DNA of 64,000 nucleotides. It comes from a bacterium (lineage in GTDB: Bacteria > UBA8248). The notes beneath the pieces are model-generated. The model worked only from the letters and a program-made list of their open reading frames with translations. It ran no database searches and had not been told where the DNA came from. Location: positions 1,024,001-1,088,000 of the forward strand of contig OZ241996.1 in NCBI GenBank assembly GCA_965204535.1, read 5' to 3'. The position numbers and the translations under genes were made by a program. This document shows positions 10,971 to 21,398 of the stretch, in pieces; position 1 is the stretch's first letter; every line of letters begins with the position of its first letter.

Positions 10971-11050
10971 TCCCTCGGGGCTGAGCTTTACTCTCTCGCC
11001 GCCTGATTCGCGCTCTATCCTTGCAGGGAATTCCCAGGGGAGGGAACATC

Positions 11051-12301
11051 ATGTCCCAAGACGAGCGAATCAGCGTATTCGAAACCGCAAGCGCACAGTT
11101 TGACCGGGCAGCGGAAATCATCGGTTTGGATGATGATATGCGGTTTCTACTCAAAACACCTTTCCGTGAAGTGAGAGTCGAACTTCCCATCCGCAGGGAC
11201 GACGGCTCCCTGGGCGTTTGGGAGGGCTACCGCGTCCAGTTCAACGGCTCCCGGGGGCCTTTCAAGGGCGGAATCCGATACCACCACGAAGTGGACATGG
11301 ACGAGGTGCGCGGGCTTTCGGCCCTGATGGCCTGGAAGACGGCTTTGGTCGACATTCCCTTCGGCGGTGGAAAAGGCGGCATCACCGTCAACGTGAAAGA
11401 ACTCAGCGTGTATGAACTGGAGCGGCTGACCAGAAAATTCATCGCGCGCATCGGTCATATTCTGGGGCCATACCGCGATGTCCCCGCCCCTGACGTGAAC
11501 ACGAATGCGCAGGTGATGGCGTGGATTTTCGATGAATACAGCAGCCGGCACGGGTATGCGCCGGCTTGCGTCACCGGTAAACCCCTGGCCATGGGCGGTT
11601 CTCCGGGAAGGGAGGCCGCCACGGGGCGGGGCGCCGTGATGGTGTATGAAGAGATCGCCAAAAGAGAAGGCTGGGACCCCGCAGCAATGACGGCGGCGAT
11701 ACAAGGTTTCGGGAACGTCGGCTCTTTCGCCGCCAGGTTCATGAAGGAGCTTGGAGTAAAGGTGGTGGCGATTTCGGGCAGCAGGGGCGCTTATTTCAAT
11801 GGCGACGGCATCGACATCGAAGCTGCCGCGGCGCACCGAAGGGATGCAGGTACGCTCGAAGGTCTTCGGGGAGTCGAAGAGATCACCAATGAAGAACTAT
11901 TGGCGCTCGATGTGGACATCTTGATTCCGGCGGCTCTGGGCGGCGTTATTCATGCCCGCAACGCGGCAAACGTGAAAGCCCGGGTTATTCTCGAAGCGGC
12001 CAATGCCCCCGTAACCGAAGCGGGAGAGGACATTCTGGTCGATGGCGGGAACGTCATGCTGATCCCGGACGTGTTGGCGAGTTCCGGCGGCGTGACGGTC
12101 TCGTATTTTGAATGGGTTCAGAACATCCAGCAATTCGGCTGGGATGAAGAGCGGGTGGACGGCGAACTGGGCAAAATCATGTCGCGCGCCACAGCGGAAG
12201 TGTATGCGCTGGCCGAGGAGAAACAGGTGTCTTTGCGTACGGCGGCCTTCATTGTCGCCATTGAACGAATCGCGGAGGCCGAACGCCTTCGCGGTTTGTA
12301 G
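11051..12301 (+). CDS. gdhA: Glu/Leu/Phe/Val dehydrogenase (glutamate dehydrogenase)
   Basis: GPFKGGIRYH, PFGGGKGG, DVPAPDVNT, IQGFGNVG, GGVTVSYFEWVQN. Confidence 0.92.
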   Translation: MSQDERISVFETASAQFDRAAEIIGLDDDMRFLLKTPFREVRVELPIRRDDGSLGVWEGYRVQFNGSRGPFKGGIRYHHEVDMDEVRGLSALMAWKTALVDIPFGGGKGGITVNVKELSVYELERLTRKFIARIGHILGPYRDVPAPDVNTNAQVMAWIFDEYSSRHGYAPACVTGKPLAMGGSPGREAATGRGAVMVYEEIAKREGWDPAAMTAAIQGFGNVGSFAARFMKELGVKVVAISGSRGAYFNGDGIDIEAAAAHRRDAGTLEGLRGVEEITNEELLALDVDILIPAALGGVIHARNAANVKARVILEAANAPVTEAGEDILVDGGNVMLIPDVLASSGGVTVSYFEWVQNIQQFGWDEERVDGELGKIMSRATAEVYALAEEKQVSLRTAAFIVAIERIAEAERLRGL

Positions 12302-12312
12302 AGCCGGTCACG

Positions 12313-13242
12313 TTGGTGGAGCCTTCGTTGCCTGGATTCGTGATAGACGCCCAGGGCATCGAGAAATCCTTCGGAACCCTCAAAGCCGTCGATGGCGTCT
12401 CGTTGCAGGTGAAACCCGGAGAATGTTTCGGGATTCTGGGTCCGAACGGAGCCGGCAAAACCACGACAATCAAAATGCTGCATGGAGCCGTTGAGTCTGA
12501 TTCAGGTACTCTGAGGGTGTTGGGTAGGGATGTAGGCACCCAGGGTCGGCTCATTCGCGCGCAGATGGGCATCGTGTCGCAAGAAGACACCCTGGATCGT
12601 GATCTGACCGTATATGAAAACCTTTGGGTCTATGCCGGATTTTTCAGTATTTCGAAGAAGGCGTCATTATCGCGCATTGAGTATCTGCTCGATTTCATGC
12701 AGCTACGGGAGAAATGGGATTCACAAATCAAGACCCTCTCCGGCGGAATGAAGCGGCGCCTCCACATCGCGCGCGCCCTCATTCACGAGCCGAAATTCCT
12801 GATTCTGGACGAACCCACTACAGGCCTCGACCCGCAAGCGAGGCACCTTGTCTGGCAAAGGCTCCGGGAACTCAAGGTGCAGGGTCTGACCATCCTCCTC
12901 ACCACGCATTACATGGAGGAAGCGGCGCAGATGTGCGACCGCATCGGCATCATGGACGGGGGAAAATTTCTGCTCGAGGGGCCACCACAAAGCCTGGTTC
13001 ATGAAAAAGTGGGCGATGAAGTCTACGAATTGAAAGGCGGTGCTTCGGTAGAGTTTCTGGACTCGTTGCAGGGTCTTTCCGTCACCACTGAAATCGTTGC
13101 CGATATATTGTATCTGTACAGCCGCAATGGGATGGGAATCATGGAGCATTTGATTTCTTTCGGGCGGAAGGATTTTTTGAGAAGACCCGCCACCTTGGAG
13201 GATTTGTTTCTGAAACTCACGGGCAGGGAACTGCGGGATTGA
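12313..13242 (+). CDS. ABC transporter ATP-binding protein, NodI-like
   Basis: GPNGAGKTT, LSGGMKRR, ILDEPTTGLDPQARHLVW, LTTHYMEEA. Confidence 0.92.
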   Translation: MVEPSLPGFVIDAQGIEKSFGTLKAVDGVSLQVKPGECFGILGPNGAGKTTTIKMLHGAVESDSGTLRVLGRDVGTQGRLIRAQMGIVSQEDTLDRDLTVYENLWVYAGFFSISKKASLSRIEYLLDFMQLREKWDSQIKTLSGGMKRRLHIARALIHEPKFLILDEPTTGLDPQARHLVWQRLRELKVQGLTILLTTHYMEEAAQMCDRIGIMDGGKFLLEGPPQSLVHEKVGDEVYELKGGASVEFLDSLQGLSVTTEIVADILYLYSRNGMGIMEHLISFGRKDFLRRPATLEDLFLKLTGRELRD

Positions 13243-14015
13243 TGCTTTTCCCCCAAGCCCCGAGCCATCGCGCCTTTCGCGTCTGGGTTCGTCATTTGGT
13301 GTACTACCGCTCTTTCTACTTGGCGGAATGGGCGGGGAATCTGGGTGAACACATCTTGTGGCTGGTGGCGTTTGGTTATGGACTCGGCCGGTTGGTGCCG
13401 AACTTGGACGGTATTTCATATGCGCAGTTCATTGGTCCCGGATTGATGGTTTCCGTCGCGATGTGGAATGCCACGTATGAGTCCACATACGGAGCTTATT
13501 CGAGGATGAGAATTCAAAATATCTATGAGTCCATGCTGATGGCTCCGCTTACGGTAGGCGATATCGTGCTGGGGGATCTTCTTTGGTGCGCCAGCCGGGC
13601 ACTGATTGGCTCGACATTGATGTTGATCGTTTTGAGTTTGTTCGGCCTGGTAGGCTCCTTGTGGGCGGTGGCGATTCTTCCGATTCTATTCATCGAAGCC
13701 GTGATGTTTGCGGCCTTGGGTCTGATTGCGACATCGTTGGCGCATAGTTTTTCGTTTTTCAACTTTTATTTCTCCGCTGTCGTTATGCCGATGTTTTTCT
13801 TCGCCGGCACATTGTTTCCCATCAAAGGTCTTCCGATTTGGGTGGAACGGTTGTCCGAAGCCCTCCCGCTTACGCATGCGGTGCGAATCTCGCGCGGCTT
13901 GTTTATTTATGGATATGTTGAGAATTTTATCTGGCATTTTTCGTTACTGCTTGGTTTTACGTTCTTGTTCTTGACAGTTGCCTGTGTTTTGGTGAGCAGA
14001 CGGATGGTGGAATAG
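13242..14015 (+). CDS. ABC-2 permease, NodJ-like
   Basis: About six hydrophobic segments, GISY.QFIGPG, PMFFFAGTLFP, LPLTHAV. Overlaps the stop of the ATPase gene. Confidence 0.9.
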   Translation: MLFPQAPSHRAFRVWVRHLVYYRSFYLAEWAGNLGEHILWLVAFGYGLGRLVPNLDGISYAQFIGPGLMVSVAMWNATYESTYGAYSRMRIQNIYESMLMAPLTVGDIVLGDLLWCASRALIGSTLMLIVLSLFGLVGSLWAVAILPILFIEAVMFAALGLIATSLAHSFSFFNFYFSAVVMPMFFFAGTLFPIKGLPIWVERLSEALPLTHAVRISRGLFIYGYVENFIWHFSLLLGFTFLFLTVACVLVSRRMVE

Positions 14016-14016
14016 C

Positions 14017-14958
14017 ATGGGGTCTGTAATTAAAGTCCTCAATTTTCCTGAACCTTTTTTGTTTCACGAGAGCTTGTTGCGTTTTCGTGTTTCCAAAGAG
14101 GAGTTCGTCAATTCCTACGCGGATGGGGTGTACCGCAGGGTTGTGGAAGACCCGAATGGTGATTTGGTTTTGTTGGAAGCTGAAAAAGCAGATGAAAGTC
14201 GGAGCGCGATTCGACTTCGAATGACCACACAGGGGCGGATGACGAAATCGGCACAAAATGCCGGTATAGACGCTATCAAGCATATATTGGCTTTTGATCT
14301 GGATTTGAGACCGTTTTATAGGATGACGAAAGACGATGTGAATTTGGCTCTGATCGCGAAAAAATTCAGGGGGCTCAAACCCATACGATACCTGAGCGTT
14401 TTCGAGGCTCTTGTTACGGCGATTACGGCGCAGCAGGTGAATTTAACGTTCGCCGGTGCCATACGTGGGCGGATGGTGAAACGATGGGGGAGAAAATTGC
14501 GTATCAATGGGCAGACCCATTACGCTTTTCCACGCCCGGAACGTTTGGTTAAAGCGCGAGTAGCCACCTTTCGCGTGATGCAATTCTCGGAACGAAAAGC
14601 CGAATATGTTATTGGTGTGGCGCGCGCCGCCCTGGAGGGTCAATTGAATGAGAGCGAACTGCGTATTCTCCCCGTAGACGAGGCGGTGGCCCGCTTGACC
14701 GATATACGGGGCGTGGGTCGCTGGACAGCCGAGCAAATGTTGTTTCGGGCGCTCGGCCGCGTAGAGGTATTTCCGGGTGGTGATTTAGGAGTCCAGAAGG
14801 TCGTGGCGCGTTACTGCTTGGGAGAAGAGCGTGTGGACGAGGAAACAGCGCGTAAACAAGCCGATAGGTGGCATCCCTGGGCTTCTCTAGCGACGACTTA
14901 TTTGTTCGCCGCATGGCGCGCGGGGTTAGCCCCGCAGGTGAAACAATCTGATTCTTGA
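14017..14958 (+). CDS. alkA: DNA-3-methyladenine glycosylase (AlkA-like HhH-GPD)
   Basis: FEALVTAITAQQV, AFP.PE, IRGVGRWTAE, FPGGDLG, W.PWAS.A. Confidence 0.85.
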   Translation: MGSVIKVLNFPEPFLFHESLLRFRVSKEEFVNSYADGVYRRVVEDPNGDLVLLEAEKADESRSAIRLRMTTQGRMTKSAQNAGIDAIKHILAFDLDLRPFYRMTKDDVNLALIAKKFRGLKPIRYLSVFEALVTAITAQQVNLTFAGAIRGRMVKRWGRKLRINGQTHYAFPRPERLVKARVATFRVMQFSERKAEYVIGVARAALEGQLNESELRILPVDEAVARLTDIRGVGRWTAEQMLFRALGRVEVFPGGDLGVQKVVARYCLGEERVDEETARKQADRWHPWASLATTYLFAAWRAGLAPQVKQSDS

Positions 14959-14974
14959 GAGCCGATAACCATAT

Positions 14975-16117
14975 ATGAACAACACACGGGTTTCTATCGA
15001 AGAGCGTGAAAAACACTTGCTGGCGCCTTATGCCGCGCATAGCGCAGATAGCCTCGGACGAAAGCATCCGGAGCCTGAGCACGATATGAGGACGGCTTTT
15101 CAGCGTGATCGTGACCGGATTATCCATACGCAGGCGTTCAGAAGGCTTGAATACAAAACCCAAGTATTTGTGAATCATGAGGGGGATCATTACCGGACAC
15201 GCTTAACGCACACCATTGAAGTGAGCCAAATCGCTCGCTCCATCGCGCGGGCGCTTGGCTTGAATGAGGAACTCGCCGAGGCTGTTGCCCTCGCGCACGA
15301 TTTGGGCCACCCTCCGTTCGGTCATGCTGGCGAGAAAGTTTTAGATGAACTGATGAAAGAGCAAGGCGGGTTCGAACATAATTTGCAAGCCCTACGGATC
15401 GTCGAAGTTCTGGAGAAGCGTTACCCATCGTTCCCGGGTTTGAATCTGACATGGGAAACACGAGAGGGCATAATTAAATATCTTCATCGCCACGAAGGAC
15501 CGATGCCTGCGGGTCTGACGAATACAATCTCTCCCAGCCTTGAAGCTCAGGTAGTCGATGTGGCCGATGAGATTGCATATAACAATCATGATTTGGATGA
15601 TGGCCTTTCGTCCCGGCTGTTTGAACCGGAAGATTTGCAGGATACGCGCCTTTGGCGCGAACACTACGAAAGCTCAAAAAAATCGTTTCCAAATTCTTCC
15701 TGGCGGGAGAGTAAGCACGACACCATTCGCCGAATTATCAACTCACAGGTTCAGGATATCATCACCTGCTCATGTGAGCGCATTGAGACGCGTAGGCTCC
15801 GAGATATATCGGACGTGAGAGAAAATGGGCATGAAGCGGTTGTTTTCGGCGAGGAGATGAATGAGAAAAACATCGAACTCAAACGGTTTTTGATGACGCG
15901 GATGTATAAAAACGAACGTGTTATGCAATTAGAAAAAAGCGCTCGAAAGATACTGAATGGACTGTTTCATTTGTATGTCGCCGAACCAGAAAAAATTCCC
16001 GAACATGTTCGCAAACTCGAGGAAATGGATGGTCGACATCGAATGGTTTGTGATTATGTGGCCGGAATGACGGACCGCTACGCCTTGCAACAATATGAAC
16101 GATGGCTGGATGCCTGA
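14975..16117 (+). CDS. dgt: Deoxyguanosinetriphosphate triphosphohydrolase
   Basis: FQRDRDRIIH..AFRRLEYKTQVF, RTRLTH, AHDLGHPPFGHAGE, DYVAGMTD.YA. Confidence 0.96.
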   Translation: MNNTRVSIEEREKHLLAPYAAHSADSLGRKHPEPEHDMRTAFQRDRDRIIHTQAFRRLEYKTQVFVNHEGDHYRTRLTHTIEVSQIARSIARALGLNEELAEAVALAHDLGHPPFGHAGEKVLDELMKEQGGFEHNLQALRIVEVLEKRYPSFPGLNLTWETREGIIKYLHRHEGPMPAGLTNTISPSLEAQVVDVADEIAYNNHDLDDGLSSRLFEPEDLQDTRLWREHYESSKKSFPNSSWRESKHDTIRRIINSQVQDIITCSCERIETRRLRDISDVRENGHEAVVFGEEMNEKNIELKRFLMTRMYKNERVMQLEKSARKILNGLFHLYVAEPEKIPEHVRKLEEMDGRHRMVCDYVAGMTDRYALQQYERWLDA

Positions 16118-16220
16118 TACTTGTTTTTTTCTTCTCTGCCGGGAAGGCGAGAAAAGAAGAAAAAATTTCGGGATGACGGTGATTCAGAAGCATCTCTGCA
16201 AGGTTATTGCATGCAAGGCA

Positions 16221-17696
16221 TTATTTGGTTTGAAGAGCGGCGAAAAGATTTGTTTCTTTTCTCTTCAAAAGGAGGAGTATAGAGCCCTCAAGGCGGGATT
16301 TATCAATAGCCGACTGAAATTCTTCTATCGTCCTGACAGGTTTGTGGTTTATCTCCTCGATTTTATCTCCGGGCCTGACCCCACTGAGTTCGGCAATGCC
16401 GCCTCTCAAAATCGATGAAACCACCAATTTATTCTCCTCATGAATTAACTCGAAACGCTGGGCAATGTGTGGGGTAAGCACTTCTACTTTCATTCCCATG
16501 GACGTATGGTTCGCCAGCTTTCGCGAATGGGGCGCTTCAGTCCGGCTTCCTATACGGATATGGACACTCTCAAGACGTTTTTCTCGAAAGTACTTCACCA
16601 ACACAAGGGAATTTGGCTTCGTGCGAGCCACTATGCGGGGAAGGCTTTGCCATGTGCTGACAGACTTGCCATCGAATTCAACGACGACGTCTCCTCTACG
16701 TAAGCCGGCACGATGGGCGGGGCCGCCGCGTGTAACTTGTGTGAGCTTGGCACCCTCGAGATGGGAAAGACCCAGGGTTTTCCCCTCTTGTCGGGGGACT
16801 TCGGATATGGCCGCACCCAGACGGCCTCGAACCGGATAACCTTTATGTTGCAGCGAATCGATAACGGCTTTGGCCTGGTTAATCGGAATGGCGAAACCGA
16901 TGCCTAAACTCCATGCGCGCGACTCGCTGGAAAATATAACTGTGTTGACACCGATTACGACGCCTTTCGTATTCGCGAGCGGCCCACCTGAGTTGCCGGG
17001 ATTGATCGATGCGTCGGTTTGGAGGAATTCATCAAAAGGACCTTCTTTCAAGTCCCGACCCTTGGCGCTGATTATTCCCACAGATACCGAATTCGCCAAG
17101 CCGAATGGGCTGCCAATCGCTATAACCCACTGCCCGACTTCTATTTTATCGGAATCTCCGAGAGATGCTTCCTGGAGTTTTTGAGTCGGTTTTATTTTTA
17201 GTAAGGCAAGATCAGTTTTATCGTCGACACCAAGTAAACGTGCCGAGAATTCCTCGCCTGCATGGAGTTTGACCATGATTTCTTGCGCATTCTTGATAAC
17301 GTGGTGGTTCGTTAAGATATGGCCTTCTTGTGAGACAATGATTCCCGATCCCACATTATAGTGGTTGTTAAAGGGCACATTTCCCTGATCAAATTTTGGA
17401 GGATTGTCTTTTTGACGGCCTCTACCGAAGAGGTTGAGTAACGGATTGCCCTCGATTCCTTTTGGTTTTACACGAATATGGACAACTGAAGGTTGTAACT
17501 TTTTGGCCGCATCGATGATGAGGCGACTACCAAATGGATGCGGCCCTGCCGATGCTGGTGAGGCGCAAAATAAGCAAAACAACAATAATATGGAGAGGTG
17601 GGTTAAAACATGTAGGCTGTGGCAGCGCATAGTTAAGTGTACCCTAATCGTTGGGTGCGAATTACGCATAAATGACTGAAACACTGCACTTTGCAT
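16221..17696 (-). CDS. degP: DegP/DegQ-family serine protease with two PDZ domains
   Basis: GSG.IV, TNHHV, TDLALLK, QTDASINPGNSGGP, two PDZ-like repeats and a signal peptide. The true start may be a later Met. Confidence 0.92.
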   Translation of the reverse strand: MQSAVFQSFMRNSHPTIRVHLTMRCHSLHVLTHLSILLLFCLFCASPASAGPHPFGSRLIIDAAKKLQPSVVHIRVKPKGIEGNPLLNLFGRGRQKDNPPKFDQGNVPFNNHYNVGSGIIVSQEGHILTNHHVIKNAQEIMVKLHAGEEFSARLLGVDDKTDLALLKIKPTQKLQEASLGDSDKIEVGQWVIAIGSPFGLANSVSVGIISAKGRDLKEGPFDEFLQTDASINPGNSGGPLANTKGVVIGVNTVIFSSESRAWSLGIGFAIPINQAKAVIDSLQHKGYPVRGRLGAAISEVPRQEGKTLGLSHLEGAKLTQVTRGGPAHRAGLRRGDVVVEFDGKSVSTWQSLPRIVARTKPNSLVLVKYFREKRLESVHIRIGSRTEAPHSRKLANHTSMGMKVEVLTPHIAQRFELIHEENKLVVSSILRGGIAELSGVRPGDKIEEINHKPVRTIEEFQSAIDKSRLEGSILLLLKRKETNLFAALQTK

Positions 17697-17911
17697 ATGC
17701 TAACATTGTGTATATCCGGGGGCAAACAATTTGACCAAGGTTGGACAAATTTGATATAGCGTGTTCGCCTGATCACCTGTGAAAATAGTAGGTTTATCTA
17801 CTGCTGTTTTTTGGTAACCAGAAATCGAAAAACGGAAATAAAATTTTCAAGCAGGCTCACGCAATTTCGGCATTCGCGCCATTCGCCTTCCCAGAGAGAT
17901 TTCTTCCGGCC

Positions 17912-19714
17912 GTGAACATCGATCGAATCAGGAATTTTTCAATTATCGCTCATATAGACCACGGAAAATCCACCCTGGCGGATCGCGTTTTGGAAATGAC
18001 CGGGGCGCTTTCAAAGCGTGAAATGTCTTCTCAGGTTTTGGATTCCATGGACTTGGAGCAGGAGCGAGGCATCACGATCAAGGCGGCGACGGTGCGTATC
18101 TTCTACAGATCAGATAGGGGCGAAGAATATGTCTTTAACCTCATAGATACGCCCGGTCATGTGGATTTCAGTTATGAAGTTTCCAGGAGCCTTCAGGCCT
18201 GCGAGGGTGCTTTGTTGCTGGTCGACGCGACCCAAGGTATCCAGGCGCAAACGGTGGCGAATGCATACCTTGCTTTAGAGCAGGACTTAGCCATTATCCC
18301 AGTAATCAACAAAATCGATCTGCCAGCGGCGGATCCTGACCGCGTGATGAAGCAAATGGAGGACATCATCGGAATTGACCGGGGTGAATGCCTTCTGGTG
18401 AGCGCGAAACAAGGCGAAGGTGTGGATTCACTACTTGAAGCAATCGTTGAGCGAGTGCCGCCTCCAAGTGGAGAGATGCAAGGTTCTGTTCAAGGACTCG
18501 TGATAGATTCTTGGTATGATTCCTACCAAGGCGCCATTCCACTCTTCCGGATGTTCGAGGGGACAATTCGCGAGGGCGATATCGTACGGTTTATGTCTAC
18601 TGGCAAGGAATATCAAGTTCTGAGTTTGAGTACATTTACGCCTCACGAAGTAAAAATGAAAGAACTTGGGCCGGGCGAAGTGGGAATTTTGTCTGCTTCG
18701 ATACGCGAGGTGAGCGATACACGGGTAGGTGACACCATTACACTTGCCAAAAACCCTGCGTGTGAGGCTATCCAAGGCTTCCAGGAGCCGAAAGCGATGG
18801 TATATAGCGGTTTATATGCGGCGGACAGCGCCGAATATGAAGATTTAAGGACGGCGCTCGAAAAACTCAGACTGAACGATTCGGCCTTTACCTATGAACC
18901 CGAGACGTCGGTAGCTTTGGGATTTGGTTTCAGATGTGGATTTTTGGGTCTTCTTCACATGGAAATTATTCGCGAGAGGTTGGAGCGCGAATACGATCTG
19001 ACACTTATCATTACAGCCCCGACAGTGATTTTTCGCGTTCTGCTCAGTGACGCTACGGTGGAGGAAATTGATAGCCCAGCTAAGTTGCCCGAACTGCCAA
19101 GGATTGAATCGATCGAGGAGCCTTTCATTTTGGGCACTATTCTTGTGCCCTCGGAATATGTGGGCGCTGTGCTCAAATTGGCACAAGAAAAGCGGGGGAT
19201 GCAGCGCTCCATGGAATATATCGATACGACGACTGTGCAAATCGTCTACGAACTACCATTTAGTGAAATTCTCTTTGATTTTTACGACAAGTTAAAATCC
19301 GTTTCTCGAGGATACGCGAGTTTTGATTATGAGCACCTGGATTACCGTTCGGCGGAGGTGGTAAAGCTGGATGTCCTGCTCAACGGGCAGCCGATAGACC
19401 CCTTTTCGACGATCATTCACAAGGAGAAAGCTTACTATCATGGCCGAGCGCTGGTGCAAAAAATGAAAGAAATCATCCCGAGGCAAATGTTTGAGGTTAT
19501 CATACAGGCCGCGGTTGGGAACCGGGTGATTGCACGGGAGACGATTCGTGCGTTGAGAAAAGATGTGACTGCGAAATGCTATGGTGGTGATATCACGCGA
19601 AAACGAAAGTTGTTGGAAAAGCAGCGAGAAGGGAAGAAACGCATGAAGAATATCGGTACCGTAGAAGTGCCTCAAGAAGCATTTATGGCTGTTTTGGATG
19701 TGGGCAAGGAGTAA
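17912..19714 (+). CDS. lepA: Elongation factor 4
   Basis: [19 protein letters not shown] ... [17 protein letters not shown]. Confidence 0.99.
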   Translation: MNIDRIRNFSIIAHIDHGKSTLADRVLEMTGALSKREMSSQVLDSMDLEQERGITIKAATVRIFYRSDRGEEYVFNLIDTPGHVDFSYEVSRSLQACEGALLLVDATQGIQAQTVANAYLALEQDLAIIPVINKIDLPAADPDRVMKQMEDIIGIDRGECLLVSAKQGEGVDSLLEAIVERVPPPSGEMQGSVQGLVIDSWYDSYQGAIPLFRMFEGTIREGDIVRFMSTGKEYQVLSLSTFTPHEVKMKELGPGEVGILSASIREVSDTRVGDTITLAKNPACEAIQGFQEPKAMVYSGLYAADSAEYEDLRTALEKLRLNDSAFTYEPETSVALGFGFRCGFLGLLHMEIIRERLEREYDLTLIITAPTVIFRVLLSDATVEEIDSPAKLPELPRIESIEEPFILGTILVPSEYVGAVLKLAQEKRGMQRSMEYIDTTTVQIVYELPFSEILFDFYDKLKSVSRGYASFDYEHLDYRSAEVVKLDVLLNGQPIDPFSTIIHKEKAYYHGRALVQKMKEIIPRQMFEVIIQAAVGNRVIARETIRALRKDVTAKCYGGDITRKRKLLEKQREGKKRMKNIGTVEVPQEAFMAVLDVGKE

Positions 19715-19716
19715 AC

Positions 19717-20445
19717 GTGTCGGATGCTGGTTTAACAACAGGCAAGAGCGCGAAACGTAAGCGTAAATCCAAATCAACTTTTCGCGAATATGCTGAAGCA
19801 ATAGTCATAGCTTTGTTGCTGGCTATGTTTGTGCGCACCTTTGTAGTGCAAGCATTCAAGATTCCCTCGGGTTCGATGGAAAATACTCTTCTTGTCGGAG
19901 ACCATATACTTGTCAATAAATTTATTTATTGGTTCCGTGGACCTAAGCGCGGGGACATTATTGTCTTCAGGTTTCCTAAGGATGAACGACGGGATTTTAT
20001 CAAGCGCGTTATTGCTTTGCCGGGTGAGGAGGTGATGGTTCGAGAGGAAAAAGTGTTTATCAACTGTGCCATACCGAACAACCCGGAAAAATGTGTGCCG
20101 CTGGATGAAAAATATGTGCGTTTTGAGCCAAATGGTACCGCTGTAGGTTTTGAGAGCAAATGGGGGCCACAAAAAGTTCCGCCTGGGCACTTATTCATGC
20201 TTGGAGATAATCGGAACAATAGCCAAGACAGCCGTTTTTGGGGGTTTTTGAAAATGGGTGAGCGCGTGAATCATATTCCTATCCGTTTTGCGGGTTATGC
20301 TTTTGGGTTGCCTTTTCCTTGTTCGTTATGGTCTGCGCCGTGTTGGGACGATAAGATCCGTGGTTCCGCATTCATGATTTACTGGTCCTGGAACGGAGAT
20401 TCGGGCTCACCGCGCTGGGGCAGGCTGGCGAACTTTATTAGCTGA
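19717..20445 (+). CDS. lepB: Signal peptidase I
   Basis: IPSGSM (Ser), FIKRVI (Lys), GDNRNNSQDSRFWG. Follows lepA. Confidence 0.96.
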   Translation: MSDAGLTTGKSAKRKRKSKSTFREYAEAIVIALLLAMFVRTFVVQAFKIPSGSMENTLLVGDHILVNKFIYWFRGPKRGDIIVFRFPKDERRDFIKRVIALPGEEVMVREEKVFINCAIPNNPEKCVPLDEKYVRFEPNGTAVGFESKWGPQKVPPGHLFMLGDNRNNSQDSRFWGFLKMGERVNHIPIRFAGYAFGLPFPCSLWSAPCWDDKIRGSAFMIYWSWNGDSGSPRWGRLANFIS

Positions 20446-20501
20446 TTTTTGTTGAAGATACGTCTCTCCAGCCCAAAATGGTTCAAAGAATAAAAGTAGT
20501 C

Positions 20502-21395
20502 TCAACCCCCCATTGTTTCCCATGGAATGCATTGCGTGCCAGAGCCTATTGGACACCAAATCCGCATGTTGGAATCCGGGCCATACAATATCGTGGCGCG
20601 CGGCGCATAAAGAGATGCGAGGTGAGAAACACCGGAATCCCCTCCAAAATACGCGGAAGACATTGCAAGAAGAGCGCTTAAGACCTTAGGCGGGATATCA
20701 CTGAGAATGGGGATGGAGCTGCTCCATAGCCTTTGAAATTCCTCGCTGGCAATTGAATCCGCAGGCCCTTCAATCACGACGGGTCGCTGGCCTGTTTCAT
20801 CAGCATGCTTTCTTGTCATAGTGGTGAGAATCCGAGGGGGAATCCATTTACTCTTTCCTCCTCCACCTGGATGGATGACGAAGAAGCTAGAATGCTCTAA
20901 GTCATATTTATCTAATAACTTAACAGATAATGTGAAATTTTTTTGTGAGGGTCCTAGCTTTATCTTTCCAAGTTCAGGTGTGTCCAATGTTAGCCATGGG
21001 CGCATCATCCACTCACATATGGGAATTTCTTCCGAGTGGGGAGGAAAAGGTGGATGTATCCGGCAGTGCCACAACCCGTTTAAACTCAAGCGCTTGACGA
21101 GCTCTCCTGAAATGTCCGAAGTGTAGAAGATACACATATCATAGCGTTTGATAAGTCGACACAGAGCGTCGTTTTCTTGTGGTTGAGCATTATACAGGAG
21201 GTGAAAGGGGGGTGAGTCCCCGTCGAGAATTTCGTGAATCAGCCCCGAATCGAGTAGCGGGGCTGCATAATTGGGGTTCGCAGCCAGGGTAATATGAGCA
21301 TTTTCGTAATGATTACCTAACTGTTTGAATAATAAAGCCAATAGCAGTGTGTCCCCGAATGCTCCCATTCGGTAAATCAAGATTCTGGTTGCCAA
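20502..21395 (-). CDS. Glycosyltransferase family 9 (heptosyltransferase-like)
   Basis: R.GAFGD, IHPGGG...KW, GGDSGVSHLA, LYGP...W.P. Confidence 0.85.
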   Translation of the reverse strand: MATRILIYRMGAFGDTLLLALLFKQLGNHYENAHITLAANPNYAAPLLDSGLIHEILDGDSPPFHLLYNAQPQENDALCRLIKRYDMCIFYTSDISGELVKRLSLNGLWHCRIHPPFPPHSEEIPICEWMMRPWLTLDTPELGKIKLGPSQKNFTLSVKLLDKYDLEHSSFFVIHPGGGGKSKWIPPRILTTMTRKHADETGQRPVVIEGPADSIASEEFQRLWSSSIPILSDIPPKVLSALLAMSSAYFGGDSGVSHLASLYAPRATILYGPDSNMRIWCPIGSGTQCIPWETMGG

Positions 21396-21398
21396 CGT

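Noticed and set aside
14975-16117. dGTPase, and the macro-domain gene at 49495, as anti-phage defence genes
   Set aside because: Both look like ordinary housekeeping-type members in core-gene contexts, with no partner defence genes.
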